IMG/VR virus record: IMGVR_UViG_3300038300_000071
Span: 32,001-96,000 of that record
Source of the DNA: a virus
Lineage: Duplodnaviria > Caudoviricetes
Strand: one strand, 5' to 3'
DNA: 64,000 nt
Position numbers and translations under genes: made by a program. Below the pieces are notes generated by a model, which ran no database searches, was not told where the DNA came from, and saw only the letters and a program-made list of their open reading frames with translations. Below, in pieces: positions 58,720-64,000 of this stretch (the stretch's first letter is position 1; each line of letters begins with the position of its first letter).

Positions 58720-60006
58720 ATGGCTCAATTAAACGTTCAAAAGGAAGTTGTCAAAGGAATTGTTGATCTTATCAGAAACAAACAGTTCTACGGGCACATC
58801 CTTCAACAGTTAACAAAAGTATATATTAAGGATGAAAATCATCCTTTGAAGACTATGGCTGTTGGTAAGTATAAAGATGATCAGCTTATTAAGTTGTTCG
58901 TCAATGAAGACTTTGTAAGAAATACAGTATATGCAAAGGATAGGAATGAAGATGAGGCTTGGGATTTACTTGTTGCAGCTCTTGAGCATGAAGTACTTCA
59001 TGTTGTGTTTAGCCATCTTACTCTTGAATTCTCAGATAAAGAAAGAAGCGCAGTTGCGGTTGATTGTGTTGTTAATTCTTGCATAGAGAATATTAAGTAT
59101 CTTGATGGGATTATACTTCCTGAGCAGTTTGGTTTCGACAAACATAAGTCAGCTCAGTGGTATTATAATAATCTGAGAGATAACGATCAGTTTGATAAAA
59201 TGCGAAAGAATATGCAAGGGCAAGGACAGGGCCAAGGGCAGGGGCAGGGGCAGGGGCAGGGTCAAGGGCAGGGTCAACAAGGCCAAGAAAAAGGAATGGG
59301 AGACTTGAAGGAGTCTATGGATTCTCACAAGATGTGGGAAGAGGCTATGAAAGATCCTATGTTAAAAGATTTTGTTAAGGATATCATCAGACAGGCAAAA
59401 GATCTTTGTAATGGAGACTATGGTTCTGTGCCGGGTGAAGTTATGGAATCTGTAAATTCAAGACTTGCAAAGAAGAAAGCAATCGTGCCATGGAATAAGG
59501 TTTTAAGGTCTTTTTGTGCTTCGTCTACTGAATCAGAGCTTAGCTATACCATGAAGCGTGAAAGTAATAGATATGGAACAAGGCCGGGTATCAAAAAGGA
59601 AGATGTTCTTCATCTTTGCGTTTGTGTTGATACGTCTGGATCTGTTTCCGCCAAGCTGTTGGAGATATTCTTTAATGAGATAAAGTGGATTTATAAGAAT
59701 GGAGCTAAGATTACAATCTATGAGGCAGATACAAGAGTTACAAGGGAGTATAAGTTTAAAGGTAAGTTTAAAGGAGATATAACTGGAAGAGGCGGTACTC
59801 ATTTCGAGCCTGCTATAAAACAAGCATCAGCATGTCATAAATTTGACGCAATGATATATTTTACTGACTTTTGTGCGCCAAAAATAGAAAAAAAGTACAA
59901 AATTCCGATACTATGGGTATTGACGGAAGATATGCCGAAGTCGCAGTATCCCTATAAATGGGGTAGGCACGTGAAGATTCATGAAGCTTTGGGAAGTAAA
60001 TATTAA
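58720..60006 (+). CDS. DUF2201-type metallopeptidase + VWA domain protein
   Basis: HEVLH, (GQ)n linker, VDTSGS MIDAS, GRGGT, YFTD. Confidence 0.88.
   Translation: MAQLNVQKEVVKGIVDLIRNKQFYGHILQQLTKVYIKDENHPLKTMAVGKYKDDQLIKLFVNEDFVRNTVYAKDRNEDEAWDLLVAALEHEVLHVVFSHLTLEFSDKERSAVAVDCVVNSCIENIKYLDGIILPEQFGFDKHKSAQWYYNNLRDNDQFDKMRKNMQGQGQGQGQGQGQGQGQGQGQQGQEKGMGDLKESMDSHKMWEEAMKDPMLKDFVKDIIRQAKDLCNGDYGSVPGEVMESVNSRLAKKKAIVPWNKVLRSFCASSTESELSYTMKRESNRYGTRPGIKKEDVLHLCVCVDTSGSVSAKLLEIFFNEIKWIYKNGAKITIYEADTRVTREYKFKGKFKGDITGRGGTHFEPAIKQASACHKFDAMIYFTDFCAPKIEKKYKIPILWVLTEDMPKSQYPYKWGRHVKIHEALGSKY
59215..59287 (+). repeat. (GQ)n coding repeat
   Basis: Tandem CAR-GGN codons. Confidence 0.85.
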
Positions 60007-60024
60007 AACAAAAGGAGAAGTATA

Positions 60025-61945
<1,921 letters not shown>

Positions 61946-61957
61946 GTCATTAGGTTT

Positions 61958-61992
61958 AAAAGCCCTGAGTCGGTTTGATTCGGGGCTTTTTT
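61958..61992 (+). terminator. intrinsic terminator
   Basis: aaaagccctgagtc-ggttt-gattcggggcttttt. Confidence 0.8.
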
Positions 61993-62469
61993 ATGGATTT
62001 ATTTTATTTTTTTAGTAAAAGGCCAGTTCATTGTTGTATAGTAATATGTAACGGAGATGTAATTGAATGAAAACGTTTTTAATTTGTATAGAGTACAATA
62101 TAAACAATCATGTTGGTGAAGAATATGATGACATTCTAGAGGTTGAAGATATGCCTACTCAAATGACTATAGCTCACTGGGCTGATAGAATTAAGGGTAG
62201 AATAAGGAAGCTTTGGAATGAGGATAGTGATATTGATGAGGATGACGGAAGTAAGATTGAGAATTGGGAAAGAGGTGTGGAGATATATTTAGATGGAACC
62301 GCTCCCTATCATACAATTTTGATGAGACTTCAACTTGTCATGAAGAAAGAGGAGGGTATTGATTTCGACGTTCCATATGTAGAAGATTTGGACGAAGAGG
62401 TTGTGAGTGACTCTCAAAAAGAAGATTTTTTAAGAAAAAGAAATAAAATATAAAAAGGAATAAATAGTT

Positions 62470-62988
62470 ATGGCTAAGAATGTAGATTTTATAGTGTCAG
62501 GTGAGATTGCAGGATTGATGGAAGATATGATTGACGGTTTTCCGGCACTTTTTGATGGATTTGATGTATCGAGAGTTGCCTGTGTGATGACTCAGAGAAA
62601 GAAGGCTAAAGTCGCTGTCAAGCTTCATAATATTGGTTATCCGAAAGAAGTTCTAAGTGATAAAGTATATATCGTGGAGGTTTTTGCTGAATCATGGAAG
62701 GATATGGATGCTAAGAAAAGAAATTTAGCTTTGTTTCACGCTATGTGTGGCGTTCCGGTTGGTGGTTTCGATGAATTGAGTAAGAATTATGGTAAGAAGA
62801 AAAGACCTGATTACTCAATGTATCTTGAAGAGTTTGCCGTTTCTGGTGGTGTTCCCAACTGGATGGAGAACGATGCGGCTCAAGATCCAATGGACTTGGC
62901 GGCTGAGATTGCAGCAGAAGACGAAAAGGATGATGGCGTACAGAGAAGTGCCTTAACTCCTGCCGATGTTGCTAATATCGGAGAGTAG
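62470..62988 (+). CDS. putative phage metallopeptidase-like protein (degenerate)
   Basis: W..M...KR.LALFHAMC...PD...EEF pattern; lacks an intact HExxH. Confidence 0.45.
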   Translation: MAKNVDFIVSGEIAGLMEDMIDGFPALFDGFDVSRVACVMTQRKKAKVAVKLHNIGYPKEVLSDKVYIVEVFAESWKDMDAKKRNLALFHAMCGVPVGGFDELSKNYGKKKRPDYSMYLEEFAVSGGVPNWMENDAAQDPMDLAAEIAAEDEKDDGVQRSALTPADVANIGE

Positions 62989-62999
62989 TAGTATATTAA

Positions 63000-63638
63000 A
63001 TGGCTCATTATCGATTAAATGATTTTCTCAAGCTTCCACCAGAAGAAAGGCGGAAGAGAACTTTTTCAAATGTAAATGAAAAAAGGTTCTATGGAAGAAG
63101 AAACTTTTCTGAGGAAGAGATTGTAACCTATTTAACTATAAATGGGTTGGATACTTCAAGGAAGCTTGCGAATTTTAGAAAAGATAATGAGCCAACAGTT
63201 TATGATTGCGTAAAGGCTTTTGGAAGCTGGAAGGAAACGAAAAGAGCGGTATTTGGAGTCGGCATTGATGATATTATCAATGAAGAACCTAAGTGCGATG
63301 CGGAGTATTTAGTTAAGGCAGTAATTGAAAACAATTTGTGGACATGGAGGAGTTACTTGGAAGCCAGAAAGAAAAGGCCAGATATAATTCCATCCACGAA
63401 TCAAATAAAGAAGAACTGGAAAGCTTTTTCCGATTTAATTAATTTTTCAAAGGCATATTCGATAAAGCACAGCGCGGTTAGTTTCTTGAGTTTGAAGAGA
63501 GAAATTGGTAGGACTCCTACCAAAAAGGATTGCGAAAGTGCTGGAATAAATTTGGAAAGAGTTATAGATAAGTTTGGCGGAAAGAGAGAGTTTGATAAGT
63601 TCATTAAAAACATGGAGTTAATCCAAGATGCGATCTAA
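63000..63638 (+). CDS. homing-endonuclease-associated repeat-like protein
   Basis: Repeated P.......FGSW / GRTPT...FG units. Confidence 0.5.
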   Translation: MAHYRLNDFLKLPPEERRKRTFSNVNEKRFYGRRNFSEEEIVTYLTINGLDTSRKLANFRKDNEPTVYDCVKAFGSWKETKRAVFGVGIDDIINEEPKCDAEYLVKAVIENNLWTWRSYLEARKKRPDIIPSTNQIKKNWKAFSDLINFSKAYSIKHSAVSFLSLKREIGRTPTKKDCESAGINLERVIDKFGGKREFDKFIKNMELIQDAI

Positions 63639-64000
63639 AGATGAAGTACTAGAGAAATTTTATGACTTATATCAAAGAAGACTGAAGGAAAGAAAGAAGA
63701 AGTATTTAAGCAAGGGTCATATGAATTGCAAGTTTAACAAAAAGAGCAGAGTTAAAGATTGCGGTGTTGTTGGTTTTTGTGGAAACGATAAAATTATTAA
63801 TAGATTTAATAGAAGCTCTTTGTTTCTATGCGATGATGATGGCGTTTCAGAGGCTTGCGGTAAGTTTGTGTGCAAGCATACTGAAAAATCTGTTGAGAGT
63901 GACTTTATTGATGTGATTAAAAGCCCTTCAAGGTGTGGACAAGAGTATCCAAAGTTGGCGGTTATGATATGGATAATGCAGGACGAAAGTATTACCGCTG
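63628..64000 (+). CDS. Cys-rich hypothetical protein, truncated by the window end
   Basis: ATG at 63628 overlapping the previous stop; frame open to the end. Confidence 0.55.
   Translation, partial: MRSKDEVLEKFYDLYQRRLKERKKKYLSKGHMNCKFNKKSRVKDCGVVGFCGNDKIINRFNRSSLFLCDDDGVSEACGKFVCKHTEKSVESDFIDVIKSPSRCGQEYPKLAVMIWIMQDESITA

Overview
This is an AT-rich, gene-dense 64 kb segment with every credible gene on the + strand, most likely from a jumbo/huge phage. The host is probably a Gram-negative bacterium, possibly PVC-group; this is inferred from a PEP-CTERM protein and the GroEL sequence style. The window holds 29 canonical tRNA genes covering all 20 amino acids in four clusters, a possible amber/odd-loop tRNA, and about nine tRNA-like RNAs with remodelled arms. 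It also carries translation-support genes (def, Pth2-like, CCA-type nucleotidyltransferase, groES/groEL), 7-deazaguanine-related genes (queD, queE, ParB-N pair, TGT/DpdA-like), a sulfation/glycosylation set (cysC, sulfotransferase, two GT2), an Acb1-like 2H phosphoesterase and a tandem array of six variable-core paralogs plus a remnant. The main discovery is that each of the four tRNA clusters is preceded by the same architecture: a sigma70-type promoter, an unannotated 25-28 codon leader peptide, an anti-terminator segment at the 3' end of the leader, and an intrinsic terminator. The sensing codons of each leader match the anticodons of that cluster's own tRNAs down to isoacceptor level. This looks like multivalent ribosome-mediated attenuation that switches on each phage tRNA set only when those specific tRNAs are depleted. 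All coordinates were read by hand and may be off by a base or two; no database searches were run.
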